Assembly (NCBI RefSeq): GCF_018977255.1
Contig: NW_024704743.1
Span: 24,864,001 to 24,928,000 of the forward strand
Origin: Callorhinchus milii
Lineage: Eukaryota
Reading direction: 5' to 3'
Length of the DNA stretch: 64,000 nucleotides
The position numbers were made by a program, and so were the translations under genes. Within the stretch, counting starts at the first letter, position 1. Each line of letters begins with the position of its first letter. Below the pieces are notes generated by a model. The model was not told where the DNA came from and ran no database searches. It saw only the letters and a program-made list of their open reading frames with translations. Positions 37,750 through 51,063 of this stretch are shown one piece after another.

Positions 37750-38776
37750 TAATAATAATAATAATAATTCTTGCATTTGCTATATCGCCATATCACATTG
37801 TCAAGATGTCTCAAAAGCGCTTCACAGATTATACTGTAAATTGAATTGACTGTATATTTGTGGGCGAAACGTGGCAGCCAATTGCGCACAGCGTTGTCCC
37901 ACACATGTTATTGCTTTTTATTCTTGACGGATTATTCATTTCATTTCATTTCCAGGCAGGGCGAAACCTTGGGCAAGTTTCCTTACTCCACACGCCTAAT
38001 AATAATCCCTCCAAAAAAACAAAACAATAATAAATTGGTCATTTTCAATCTACGACTGTTTGTGGGACATTGCTGTGCGCAATTGGCTGCCGCGTTCGCC
38101 CACAAATATACAGTCAATTCACTTTACAGTGTGTTCTGTGAAGCGCTTTGGGACGTCCTCCCGACGTGAAAAGCGCTATATCAAATGCAAGGATTATTAT
38201 TATTATTATCAGGCGTGTGGAGTAAGGAAACTTGCCCAAGGTTCCGCCTTACCGGGAATCGAACCCAGGTCTCTCACTTGCGAGGCGAATGCTCTAAACG
38301 CTGAGCTACAGGACCCGTCTGCTCCTGGACTGACCTTTTCATGTTTGGGTGTCGTTCCACGGGTGTTGGTTGCATTCCTTGCCCAAGCTGTCACTGTTCA
38401 CGTGTGAGTATCAGCGAGGCTGCTCGACTCTTCAAGCATCACTCGTGGAGTCCTGTAGCTCAGTGGTTAGAGCACTCGCTTTGCAAGTGAGAGACCTAAG
38501 TTCAATTCCAGGCAGAGGGCGAAACCTTTTGCAAGTTTCCTTACTCCACACAGAGCCTAATAATAATCCCTCCAAAAACCAAAAACAATAATAAATTGGT
38601 CATTTTCAATCTACGACTGTTTGTGGGACATTGCTGTGCGCAATTGGCTGCCGCGTTCGCCCACAAATATACAGTCAATTCACTTTACAGTGTGTTCTGT
38701 GAAGCGCTTTGTGACGTCCTCCCGACGTGAAAGGCGCTACATCAAATGCAAGGATTATTATTATTATTATTATTAT
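37750..38776. mobile_element. Cluster of four SINE pieces in alternating orientation (-,+,-,+)
   Basis: 37750-37905(-), 37950-38209(+), 38210-38315(-), 38450-38776(+ full length). Confidence 0.88.
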
Positions 38777-39630
38777 CACAGCCGAGCATCAAGCTACCAC
38801 ACTTGCACAACTAGCAGAGGGTGCAAAAGTGGGAGCAGGTTGATTTCTCCTTCCCCCTCGCCCCCCGGTTATTATTATGGGGAAGCTGGTGCTAATTTCG
38901 CCTTCCCATGCAGCCCCACAAAGACGTGCAATCTCAGCACAAGCTGGGATTCAAACCAGCAAGCTCTAGCTCTATACACAACAACATTCGGGATTGGACA
39001 CCATGTCATCGGATCTTTGATTTCCATCTAAATAGGCAGATGGAATCTCGGTTTCATTTTAAGGTCTCATCCAATGGCTGGCACCTCTGATAAACCAGTA
39101 CAAAATCACATTCGTATAGAGCTTTTGCACGTCGGCACGACGTCCCAAGGTGTGGATAATACTGCAGTGAAGCGTCAGCTTTTAAAGTCCCGACGCAAGT
39201 CCTTAATCTTTGCACTCAAAGGCAGGAGTGCTACCAACTGAGTTAGCAGACACCCCGACGCAAGATGTTGCTCAATGTTTTTGTGAAGCATATTGTGAAT
39301 AATTGGAACTGTATAAAAAGGATTCACAATCTATAACTGACCCATTAGTGATCCCATTGCTTTTCTGGGTATTTATATTTGAATAGATTTTTTGACCATG
39401 TGGGAATCATCAATTTTCAGCACTCTGTGTTCAGAGTGAGTTCAGCCACAGCATCCTCACAAAGTTTTTTTTGGTTGTGGATTGGTTGGCGATAATAAGT
39501 TTTGCTGTGGTAAGAAGATCAGCAACGTAAACCTGGCATTACTTCTAGGGAAATTTCTGACTTTTTTTTTTCTTTCAGTTTTACAATGAATTGCTTGTCT
39601 TAATACAAAATACATTTGTTTGTTTCTTAG

Positions 39631-39739
39631 GAGGCTGCTCAAGCATTAATCCACGCTGGCATGGCTGGATCAAAGTTGGATAGTATTCAGGAAAAAATAA
39701 CCGAGTACCTGGACAGAGTACAAGCTCTTCATTCAGCAG
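39631..39739 (+). CDS. CAPN7: CAPN7 exon 2
   Basis: EAAQALIHAGMAGSKLDSIQEKITEYLDRVQALHSA. Confidence 0.95.
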
Positions 39740-42152
39740 GTTTGTGTGGTTTGTAGTGAAAAGTGAGTGATGCAGTCCAATTTTTTTTAGATTAAATGGT
39801 TAGCTTTAGTGGTCAATTTGCAGATTCTGTTAATTCGACACCTTGTCTTTTATTGTTTATGATTTGGAAGGCTGTTTAAGTGCCGTACATCTGTCATGGG
39901 CGGGTGTTGTCACAGCATTTTATATAAGATTACATACTGTTCAAAATAATTTTTTGGACTTTGAATTCTCAGGTTTGTGATGTCTACGAATTTGCTTCAT
40001 TTATGACGCTGTCTGAAGGTGGATCCTCAAATGTATTTTGTATTAAGACAAGCAGTTCATTGTTTAGCAGTTTTGTGCTGAAGAGCTACCCAACAGTATT
40101 TTGTAGACTTATAGTTTGTGTGTTGAATTACCGAATAAAAGGGCAGATTGGTTTGGTATCTGTATGCATATTTAGTGCTGTTTAATTTTAGTGTTTTTTT
40201 CAAAACAGTATTGATCTTGAAAGAAATTGGGTCGTAGTTAATGGCTAAGGGAGATTAAAATCTGTTACACAAAACAAAACAAGTACTCTAAATCAACATT
40301 ACATAGCACATTTGTGTTCGTCACTTACCTATTTGATTTTTTAAAAAATAAAATTCATTTACTAAATGGTTGCTTTTAAATTGTGGAAGGGAAATGCTAC
40401 TTGCAGGGTCTGTTTCCAGAGCCTTTGCAGAATTTCCTTTCAAGTCTGATAGTCATTTACAGCCCTTCTCTATCTCTTTCGCTTGAATTTTTAGATCTTG
40501 CATCCGAACTCTTAATAACTCAATAGTTATTTTCACTGAGGCAGTCTGACAGAAACAGCAGCAATAGCTGAATTAAGTAACTTTCTTAATTGCAGTTCTG
40601 CTGCTATTTCTGTCACAGTGTCCATCACTAAAATAACTTAAAAGTGGCATTGTCACTCAGTATTCAATGAGTGTTAAGTTATGAAAGTAGTTGTGAAACC
40701 TTGCTCAGTTTTGCTGAGCATCACAAATATAATTGACATCTTCTGCTGAATATAAGCTGATTGATAATGGAGGTCACTGCTAATGAAATTTCATCTGAAA
40801 ATGTATTTCATGTAGGATATTTGTTACCTTTGCAAATAAGTGCCATGATTGTGAGCTAGATACCCATAGCTTTCCACTCATCTGTGTACATTTTTAATCT
40901 TTGTGTTGCTCGCCATTCTTTTATGCATTAGATGTAATCTGAAACTAGCCTTACCCTTTTATTACATGACATTTTCTTTTTTGCCGATTCCCCTTTTCCT
41001 TGCTCCTCAGGCATGCCCTGCAATGAAGCAGTTAGACTGGATTTGCATTACAGTAAAGTAAGATCAGAAACATGGTTTCCTAAGCAGGTAGATGGGTTTG
41101 CAAAACAGTAAAATATCAGGAACATGGAAGGTATGAGGCTTAATCCTGTATACCATGCACTGCATGGTGTTGCAGTGCAATTCAGAGTGCCACATAAATC
41201 CTTCCCAAGCATCTGGATTAATATTATACACTTCATTGCAACCAATTGTAGAGTTTAAAAACTGGCACAAGGTAGGCACACGTTTACAATGTTGCAGGGT
41301 GATGGATTGACACATTAACAACAATAATAATAGGCCTTGCGTTTGATTTAGTGCCTTATCACGTCTCAAAGCGCTTCACAGAATATACTTAAAGTGAGCG
41401 GACTGTATTTTGTGGGTGAAACGCAACAGCCAATTGTGCACAGCAGTATCCCACAAACAGTTGTGGATTGTGTGACCAATTTATAATCATTTTTTAATTT
41501 AAGAAATTATTTAAAAAATTGATAAACTAGTCCCTATTCCTGATTGTTAGTGATTAAATCCACCTGGTTCCGTAACTGAAAGATATAGAATTGTTTCAAG
41601 GCAAATGTTGTGCAAGAGCCATCCACCTCACTTCAGGCCAAACTCAAATACCCGTGGAAAGTGAAAAATAATAATATAATAATCCTTGCATTTGATATAG
41701 CGTTATTCACGTCTTCTCGTCGTCTCAAAAGCGCTTCACAGAATATGCTGTAAAGTGAATTGACTATATATTTGTGGGCGAAAAAGGCACCTTTCCTGTC
41801 AGTATTCAGTTTAAGTGGCAGATTCAGCGCTGAAGTAACTACGAGATCCAGATAATAATGATAACAATGTGCATGATTTTCACGTGGCTTGTTTGTATTC
41901 TGCTGTATCTTGAAGTTTGCCTACACTATTTTTTATTGGTAAACTGTTTTGCCTTTCATTGTAAGTAAGAACAACAAAACTTACAATATTTGGTAAATGT
42001 CTAAACATAATATTTTGGGTTTTAGAATGGATTTGTTTTAATATTATTGAATTAACCATCTTGCCAATTTATGAATTAGAAAGTCTGCATTGCTAAAGCT
42101 GTGAAGAATATCACATACTCCAGATTGGTAACTCCTATCCGGTGTGTTTTAG

Positions 42153-42316
42153 TTCAGGGACAGAATAATGCAGGGGACCCTCTGAAGACAAAACAGCAGA
42201 TGGATCTGGAGCGTGCTCACTTCTTGGTGACACAGGCCTTCGACGAAGACGAGAAAGGCAGTGTAGACGAGGCTGTAGAACTGTACACAGAAGGTGTTGA
42301 ATTATGCCTGAAAACC
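42153..42316 (+). CDS. CAPN7: CAPN7 exon 3
   Basis: ...DPLKTKQQMDLERAHFLVTQAFDEDEK...LCLKT. Confidence 0.93.
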
Positions 42317-43065
42317 GTAAGCAAACTTTCTATTTCATAACACTGAAATTTTTCAATGAGCTGTGTAACTTTTTGTCTACAATTTTGAGGGAATACTTCT
42401 AAGGAGAACAAAACGCCACCTTATAAATGCTGTTTTTGAATCGGGTTCTGCAGGTAAAAATATTGAGGGGGATTCTGCTGGTTTTGTGAATTCTCCCTTA
42501 TCTTTATATCCTCATAAGGGGACAGCAATGAGCCAAGCTAAAACTATGCTTCTTTTACCCTGTTGAATGAACTGTGATGTGTACCTGCCCATTATGTAAC
42601 TCAGTTGTTTGAGTATACATTAAAGATCCCATGCCCAATATTTGAACAGAGAAGATAGTTTCTCCTGGCAAACAATCCTCCAGACAAAATTGTTCATGGC
42701 TATTTGTGGAATTTGCTGTGCTTCTACAAATACAGTCATTACAATAAAATCATGTGAAGTGTTCTGAGATGTTTCATCAGTGTAATAATGTACAATGCAA
42801 TGATTGTTGTTATTTAATGGAAAATAATTGTTATTGTTCACTTAGTTCTGAATGGTTTCTGGGCGTGTGGATAGGGAACGAAACTTATGGTTGTATTTTC
42901 ACCCGTGTCATCAGTTTCTGACTTATTGTGCAATGGCTGCTATAATGTTGGGAAAAAACATTACTGTTCAATTAGACGTTAAGATCAAGTATTTGGCTGA
43001 GATTCTATGACTGGATTCCGTTCTCGGCAAATGGTTTCTCCTCCTGCCCCCACCTACTCACCTGC

Positions 43066-44050
43066 AGGGTACCCCAGAACTCCATCCTTGACTCTCTTCT
43101 TTTCCTTCTATATATATTATGTATATAGACGATGTCATCCGCAGACACAGAGTAAACTTCCACATGTATGCGGATGATACACAAATCTACTTTGCCTCCT
43201 CCAGTACCAACTCCAGGTCCACCGATCTTCTATCAGCTTGTCTGGATGAGTGCAAACTTCCTGCAGCTGAGTGTGGACAAGAAGGAAGCCATACTCCTTG
43301 GCTTCCGTTAATGTCTTCACTCCTGTGGATCTAAACTCCTCAACTTCCCTGGGCTCTCCCTCACACTCACCGAACCAGCGCGCAATCTAGGCATCCGGTT
43401 CGACTCCCAGCTGTCCTTCCTTCCCCACATCCGGTCCTTGACCTAGACCGCCTTCTTTCATCTCCGCCACATTGCCCGCCTCCGATCATAACTTACCCCA
43501 AATGCAGCCGAAACCCGTGTGCATGAGTTTGTCACCTCCCACCTGGATTACTCAAACGCACTCATCGTTGGCCTCCCCAGCTCCACCATTCAAAAGATCC
43601 AGCTCATTCAGAACTCTGCTGCTCGCATACTGACCCGGACCAAACTCTGTACCCCCATCTCACCAGTTCTGACCCAGGCTCCACTGGCTCCCCATCACCG
43701 AACAGATCGACTTCAAGATCCTCACATTGTGTTCAAATCCCTTCACTCCCTGGCAACTCCCCACCTCTCCGACCTCCTCACTCCCCAATCCACCACCCGG
43801 CAACTCCGCTCGATTGGCACCGGCCTCCTGCTCGTCCCTCGCACCCTCTACCCCACCATCAGAGGTTGCGCCTTCAGGCACTACGCCCCAAAACTCTGGA
43901 ACACTCTCCCTCAATCCCTCCGCCTTGGCCCATCTCTCCCCTTTTTCAAGTCCAGCCTAAAAACCTTCCTCTTCGACCGTGATCATGGCCACTTCCCCTC
44001 CCCACCCCACCCCAGCCTCAGAGTCAGGTTCTGCAAGTTATTGTTGTTGG
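43066..44050 (+). mobile_element. L2 LINE RT fragment
   Basis: GTPQ.SIL, FHMYADDTQIY, VTSHLDYSN, APKLWNTLP. Confidence 0.9.
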
Positions 44051-44088
44051 ATATAATTGAAAGAGTTCAATGCATGTTCATTTTTTAG

Positions 44089-44156
44089 GCAAACGAAACA
44101 TCTGACGAAACCCTGCAGGTTAAATTGAAGCAATTAGCTCGACAAGCACTTGACAG
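44089..44156 (+). CDS. CAPN7: CAPN7 exon 4
   Basis: ANETSDETLQVKLKQLARQALDR. Confidence 0.95.
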
Positions 44157-44763
44157 GTGAGTTCCTGCTTCTATTGTAGACTGGATACCTTTTATTAGAG
44201 TTAAAATTCTGATCTCTTTTTGGATTTGTTATAGCCATGATATGTTCACTTGTAGACGCGTAAAATGTACTAATCATGACGCAGGCTTTTCGTGCAGGGG
44301 AATAAATAGACTTAGCTGGATTCAGTTAAAATCAATAACCATCGAACATTTACAATGATGCGCAGTCTAGTGCAAATACTTTATCAGGAATGAAAATCAA
44401 TATTTTATAATGCTGCAAGGTGAAGAATTGAGGGGAAAAATGGCTCCACTGGCTTCCCATCTCCTTTCTCTCTTGCTCAGCATCTAACGCCACCACTGTG
44501 CAGTGCTCCAAGACATGAAGGGTGCTACATAAGTGCAAGTTGTTGATGCTTTTGTATATTGTACTTCATGTTTGCTCAGATAATACAGGATGCTTTGTCC
44601 TTTCCCATTTCCTCCCCCCACCTCCATTTTAAATGTTGAAGTGACAGATGAGCATTTAGAAGGAAATGTGATGGTGTTGGCTTGAAAAGTACAAATCCTT
44701 TTACGGTTTGAAAAGTTATGTTGAAAATTGTGCTTAATTTTTCATCGGCCCTCTTTCATTTAG

Positions 44764-44970
44764 AGCCGAGGCGTTAAAAGTTTCCATGTCCAAAACTTCG
44801 CTAGAAAAGAAGCAAAGTACAGGTAAACCTAGCATGCCTGGGCGAACCTTGCAGCCCTTGGGACCTGACTTCTCTCTGAATAATAAACCACAGCTATCCA
44901 GAAATCAGCAGGGCAGTGAACCATCCCCTCAGGGTCAGAGATACACTCCAGAGGAAATTCAGGTACTCAG
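44764..44970 (+). CDS. CAPN7: CAPN7 exon 5
   Basis: AEALK...QGQRYTPEEIQVLR. Confidence 0.93.
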
Positions 44971-45889
44971 GTGAGTATATCTTAAAAGTTGGAGCAGATA
45001 ATTGGACACGTCACACACAGTAAAATCAGCCGGAGGAGTCACTAATATTCTTTGTTATTTTTGTTAATGCAGGGGAGTAATGCTTGTTAATACAGCGGAG
45101 TTCTGAATCAGTGGTTGGGATCCAGAAAATTATAAATCACATTATAACTAGGCTCGATAGCCAGTTTCACTCTGCATTGCACGCGCACAGCCGACCAGCT
45201 CACTTCCCACCTGTCAGCCAGTACACTCACTTTTTTTGAAAAAAAGTTTGATCTTTAGATCATTAGGTTGTCACCAATGTTAGTTTCTGCTTGTATATGC
45301 TTAGAGCAGAACTAGTGTTAAACGACTTGATAATCCATAAGTCGGCCTTTTCTTTAGCACAGGAGGCTGAAGTAGCTTATTCTAACCATAGCATTGATAT
45401 GTAGAGTTGACAATATGCCAGACATCTGTCACATTTCTAAGATAGTTGTCAGTTAATTATGTGTTGGAATCCTGCTGAGCTGTCTAAGTTGTTTCACCAC
45501 ACTTATAAATATTATCTAAACTTTGGGATGTACTATTTTGAAATACATTACAATTAGTTCTTTGCATTTGCAAATCTAGTAATTTTTTTGAGTTTAATAT
45601 CCTTCTGTTCCATGTGGACACCAGGTTCTCAAGATTGAATAACTTGATTCATATGCAATGGTAGTGAATTTTATTCATAAATTGCAGTGAAATACTATAG
45701 TGTAACATGGATATACTGTATTAAGCGACTTGCACCCTGTTATGTTTTCCACCTCACATTAGACAATCAGTTACTTTGTAATCTTAACTCTCAGCATTCA
45801 TGTATTCCATTACAACGAGGCAGTTATTACAACTACATATACAGTTTAAACTTGTATCTATCGCTCATGTCAATTGTGCTTTCTTGCAG

Positions 45890-45976
45890 GAAAACATCTA
45901 AGATAAATGGAATTGAATATGTTCCATTCATGAGTGTTGACCTTAAGGAGAGATTTGCCTTTCCAATGCCATTCTC
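45890..45976 (+). CDS. CAPN7: CAPN7 exon 6
   Basis: KTSKINGIEYVPFMSVDLKERFAFPMPF. Confidence 0.95.
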
Positions 45977-47442
45977 GTAAGCTGAATCTTTTCCGAAATA
46001 TCCAATATCAAACCACTGATTATTGAAAATGTAGTATTTTACCCACTGGGTATTTTGAGCATACATTTGTTCGTGGCATCATGTAAAAAATCTGTTTAAA
46101 AAAATACATTTTTGAAATTATAGCGTTGCTGATAAATTATAGATTTATTTTGTTTTACAATTCTCTGAACCAACTAATTTATAAACCAACGCTGTGTTTT
46201 TAAAGAAGTCTTTGCACAATGTCTTCAATGAATGAATGCTCAAAAGGTATCAATGCATAAAATAGTAAATTTTAAATAATTGTTATTTGGTGACTTGGTA
46301 GTTCCTTTAATCCCAGTAATGTTATATATAATGGTTGTGAAACATTACTTGCTGAAGACGGACAGTTATTTTGAATGCTTTTTAATTGAATTTTCATGAG
46401 CAACAATGAGATAAATTAGGCCTCTCTGTTTTAAGAAAAGATGCCTCAGAGAGGATCTTTCTAGAGGTTCACATTTCACCCACAAAATGTTCAGGCATCC
46501 ATTTTACAATATATTCTGTGAAGCGCTTTGAGACGTCTCAACGAAATGATAAGGCGCTACATCAAATGCAATTATTATTAAATTATGGAGGTCCCAATCC
46601 CCAGCATTTCCTCATCTTTACTTGACTTCAAATTGCACCTAAAGACTTTCCTTACCTTCATAGAGGTAACATTTTAAATAGGATTAACAAAGTAAAGCCA
46701 GAACAATATTTTCGAATTGCAAGAGTACATAAGTTTTGAATTGCAAAAGGCAATTGCAGGGCAGCCACCAGGAAAATGTTTGTTTCCCATGGGGTAGTTA
46801 ACAATGGAAACAAGTTGCCTGGAAGGGTGGTTGAACCCAGAACACTGGAATATTTTTTCTAAAAACAAACGGCTTGATGCTGTGATGGGAGAACAATGGG
46901 GTGATTATTAATAATAATAATCCTTGCATTTGATAAAGTGCCTTATGACGTATTCGAGACATCTCAAAGCGCTTCACAGAATATACTGTAAAGTGAATTG
47001 ACTGTATATTTTGTGTGCTCAAATTGTACTTGACAAATTGTTCTTCAGCCCCTTTGTGGTCCAAAAGAATGAGCAGAGATTTATTCCTGTTTCTGCTAAG
47101 TAGCCCATGTGCTTTAGGGGACATGCCCACTGTAACTAGTATGCTGCACTCATTTTCTTACTCTAGTTAACAAAATAACGATGGAACATCTAGTAACGTT
47201 TGAAAAGGAAATTTGAAAATCATCAGTTGCTAAACTAACATTTTTCATAAAATAAAACAATATTTAAAATGTTTGCTTTTGGAAGGAAATGGTCATAGTA
47301 GCGTTGTTTTGGACACTTTTGGGAAACTGCCCCCATTTACCTGAGCAAACTCATGTATTCTGTGATATCAAATCAAAATATTCATTATCTATGTTTTTTG
47401 TGCATGTAATTGTTTTTAATAATGTTTACTTTGATTTGCTAG

Positions 47443-47569
47443 AGACCGGGCTGGCCAATTGGTTTTGTCACCAAAACAGAAAGCATTATTTTCTCGCTGG
47501 GTTCGACCTGATGAGCTGAGCAACAACCCTACAATGATCTACACAGTGTCTAGTTTTAGTATAAAGCAG
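47443..47569 (+). CDS. CAPN7: CAPN7 exon 7
   Basis: DRAGQLVLSPKQK...NNPTMIYTVSSFSIKQ. Confidence 0.95.
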
Positions 47570-48199
47570 GTGAGCTCTCAAATACATTTTTTTTTAATCT
47601 ATAGTTTAAGTTCAAGGTCACCTCTCATTTCTAACTAACAATCTAAGATGCTGGAATCTAAGATGAGTTTCAGTAAAGTGCCATCAGCATTTTGCCTTTG
47701 ATAAGCACTAACATTGGCGGGCCCACTCCATTCTGTATAGATGGCTCTTTCATGTGTTTTTCTTTAGGATGATAAATTTGTATGAGTTTGTCAGAGTCTG
47801 CAATTTTGAAAAGACCCGACCTGCTCACACCCAACTCCTCTACCTGCCCCCTTCACTCCAGCCAGCTCAGGCCTTTTGTGCTTCTCCCAACCTCTCCTGT
47901 GCACTGTCGGTGGCCTTACCTTCAAACACCATGTCCCAATCCCCGGCATTTCCTCATCTTTACTTGACTTCAAATTGCACCTAAAGACTTTCCTCTTCGA
48001 CCATGCCTAGGGTCATCTACCCTTTCTCCTCGGCTCGGCATCAAACCCCAGCCCCAGACATCATTCAACACTCCGAGATGCTACCCAACATTAAGGATGT
48101 TCTTTTTGATAGATTTCCCAGTACACGAAATGCTTGAAACCGCTTAAGATGTAAGAATGTGTCCCATATAGAACCAGTTGCAAGCCATCCACTTCCTCA

Positions 48200-48510
48200 T
48201 CTCTCTTGCCTCTGAGTCAGAAGGTTGTAGGTTCAAGCACCATGTCGGGATTTTTAAACTCAAAGTCTATGCTGAGGGAGGTGTCTGCTTGTTCAAATGG
48301 ACGTCAGATACTGGGTTACTTTTTCAAAATAAGTTTATCCCAGTGTCCTCGCCAATGATTCCCCAAAGGAAAAAAGTCATTCACTTCATGGTTGTCTGTG
48401 GGACATAACTGTGCATAAGGTGACTGCCACTTTCACCTACAAATGCACAAAACTATACTTTATAGCAAACTCTGAAGCATTTTAAGATGTTTCAATATGA
48501 TAAAGCACTG
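48200..48510 (+). mobile_element. Older Deu-type SINE subfamily (similar copies near 4740, 14240, 24415, 55440)
   Basis: Shared CCTCTGAGTCAGAAGGTTGT.GGTTCAAG head and degraded core. Confidence 0.6.
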
Positions 48511-49404
48511 ACACTGTTGTTACTGTTCCATACTGCCCTTTGGTATTGCCCAAGTACCATTCTTTATGTAGAAAACTAGACGTGTTTTTTTTAGCAGAAG
48601 TCAGTGGACAGCGGTCAAGCAGGAAACCTAATCAATTTTCTTCCTTGCCCCCATTCTTGTTTTTGGAGAGAGAGGAGGGGAAATGAAACCCTCCAATCAC
48701 CTACCCATCAGCAAAGAGTGGAATTTGAACCTGCATCTTTCTAATTTATTGCTGATTTATTATTGTTTCTTGCTTATTATCATTCATTTTACTACAATTG
48801 AAATTGATCCTGGGCAGAGGAGTCTCTAGGACTCACTACTTTATGAGGTACAGTATTTGGGCAATTATTTAAATGAGATGCACGAAGCTTGTACCTGTGA
48901 AATTTCATTTTTATTCCACTCGCAAAAAAGAGTTGCATCAGTCAAAATTCACTGCTTCTTAGTATAACTTAAAAGCTCTCTGTAAAGTTAAATTAGTTTA
49001 GCCAATTCTGCAAAACACAGATAACCATTACTGCTATTTCGAGTAACATAGTCAATTTCTAATCTCTCTCCTCATGTGCTAGTCTATAATCCAATTTTGC
49101 AGGGTTTTGCAAAGTTCTTATAAAAATACTACTGATTTTAATGCAATTTGTACGTGTGCATGTTTTAAAGGATGTGTGTTGCACACTAAATTGCTTTTTA
49201 TTTGCAATGACAAAAAAGGATTCTGACTTTAATTTGCATCAGTTCAAATATAGATGGTTCATTGAACCTAGATAAAGCATATGACTAGTAGTATTCTCTC
49301 CAAATCCCAAACAATGGGCAGGGTGATCTGTTTAATTTTTTTGCTGAAATGAAGAGCTTTAAATAGATTCTAATTTAGATTATTTTGACACATTCCATTT
49401 TCAG

Positions 49405-49490
49405 ACGGTAGTATCGGACTGTTCTTTTGTGGCATCTCTCGCCATCAGTGCTGCCTATGAAAGACGTTATAATAAAAAGTTAATCACAAG
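49405..49490 (+). CDS. CAPN7: CAPN7 exon 8 (catalytic Cys 49420-49422)
   Basis: [28 protein letters not shown]. Confidence 0.96.
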
Positions 49491-50113
49491 GTAATTGTTA
49501 CATCTATTCACTTGGTCATTGGATTTTTTTATGTTTCAGGAATTGTTAGGAGTACAGATCTTTAATATTAAAATCATGTTGATACTTAGTAACTGCGTAA
49601 TTAGGATAAGAATACTGCTTTGTTCTTCAACCTATACCCTCAACAGAATATATTCGATTTTTACACGAGTTTGTGTTGAAGTGGTTCAGTATATTGTGAC
49701 TTCAGTACAGATGGTAAGATGCAGAATCGTTTGGATATATTCCTGAATTACATTGCAATATCTAGAGAAAGTCCTGATAAGAAGTTAGATGAATCCCAGT
49801 GAGAAGTAAAGAAGTGGGAAATACACAACACCACTTTGACACATCTTTTAGCAGTTGGTTAGAGCTAGATTGTCTACTCATTTCTTGGCTGAGAAGTTCA
49901 GGGGAAATGTAGAACAGTGAAATAGAATAGATTTTTCCAACAAAACCAAACCTGTTATTTTGCTTAGACGTTGACATTATTGACAAAGTATCACATTATT
50001 TTGCTGAGACATTGACTGTTCTATACTTAAAAAAAAATTTGTTACCAGGGATTTATTTTTAACATATGTACATTTCTTTCTTGCATTTACAACTTTTACC
50101 GTTGGATTTTCAG

Positions 50114-50207
50114 CATTATTTATCCTCAGAATCGAAAGGGTGAGCCGGAATATAATCCATGTGGAAAATACATGGTAAAACTTCATATCAACGGAGTTCC
50201 CAGAAAG
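50114..50207 (+). CDS. CAPN7: CAPN7 exon 9 (GC donor)
   Basis: IIYPQNRKGEPEYNPCGKYMVKLHINGVPRK|gcaagc. Confidence 0.93.
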
Positions 50208-50247
50208 GCAAGCACAAAATCAAACTGTTACCGCTTCAGTAAAGTTA

Positions 50248-51063
50248 GGCGCTGACAGCATCAGCATCCAAGGCTGCACTCTCCACCTCTCAAAGCCAGT
50301 CAGGAACCTCGGGGTTCTGTTCAACCCTGAGCTGTCCTTTCTTCCTCATATCCGCGCCACAATTGGCACCACCTTCCATCACCTCCGGAACATCACCAGA
50401 CTACGGCACTACCTCACCCCTCACGCTGCTGAAACTCTGGTCCACGCCTTTATCACCTCAAGGCTGGACTATGGGAACTCTCTCCTCACCGGCCTTCCCG
50501 CCACCTCCCTCCACAAGCTGCAGGTCATTCAGAACTCTGCAGCTCGTGTACTGTCCCGCACCAGGCTTCGGGACCACATCACTCCCACCCTCGCTCGCCT
50601 CCACTGGCTCCCCATCCCCCAGAGGATCGAATTCAAGATCCTCATCCTCACCTACAAGGCCATTCACGGCCTTGCTCCCTCCTACCTCTCCGACCTACTA
50701 TCCCCCTACTTACCTGCCCGTACCCTCCGTTCCTCTGGCTCCAGTCTGCTCCACATCCCCCGCCCCAACCGCCCTACCATCGGTGGCCGGGCCTTCAGCC
50801 TCTCATCCCCTAGGCTCTGGAACTCCATCCCCCAGTGCCTTCGCCTCGCTTCCTCCCTTTCCTCCTTCAAGGCCGGTCTCAAGACCTTTCTCTTCGACCG
50901 TACCTTCAGCTCCCCTCTCGACTATCTACCCCCTCCTCGCTCCCTCCCTTCCCTCCCCTCACCATTTCCCCCCAATGCTCGGGTCCTGACCCAACTGTCC
51001 AGCGCCTTGGGACGTCCTCCCGACATGAAAGGCGCTCTATAAATGCAATCTTGTTGTTGTTGT
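50248..51063 (+). mobile_element. Young L2 LINE 3' end
   Basis: Near-identical to 19311-19906; (TTG)n tail. Confidence 0.92.

Noticed and set aside
38450..38525. tRNA-Ala gene
   Set aside because: Runs into SINE core and tail without a proper acceptor stem, and has several dispersed copies: a SINE head.
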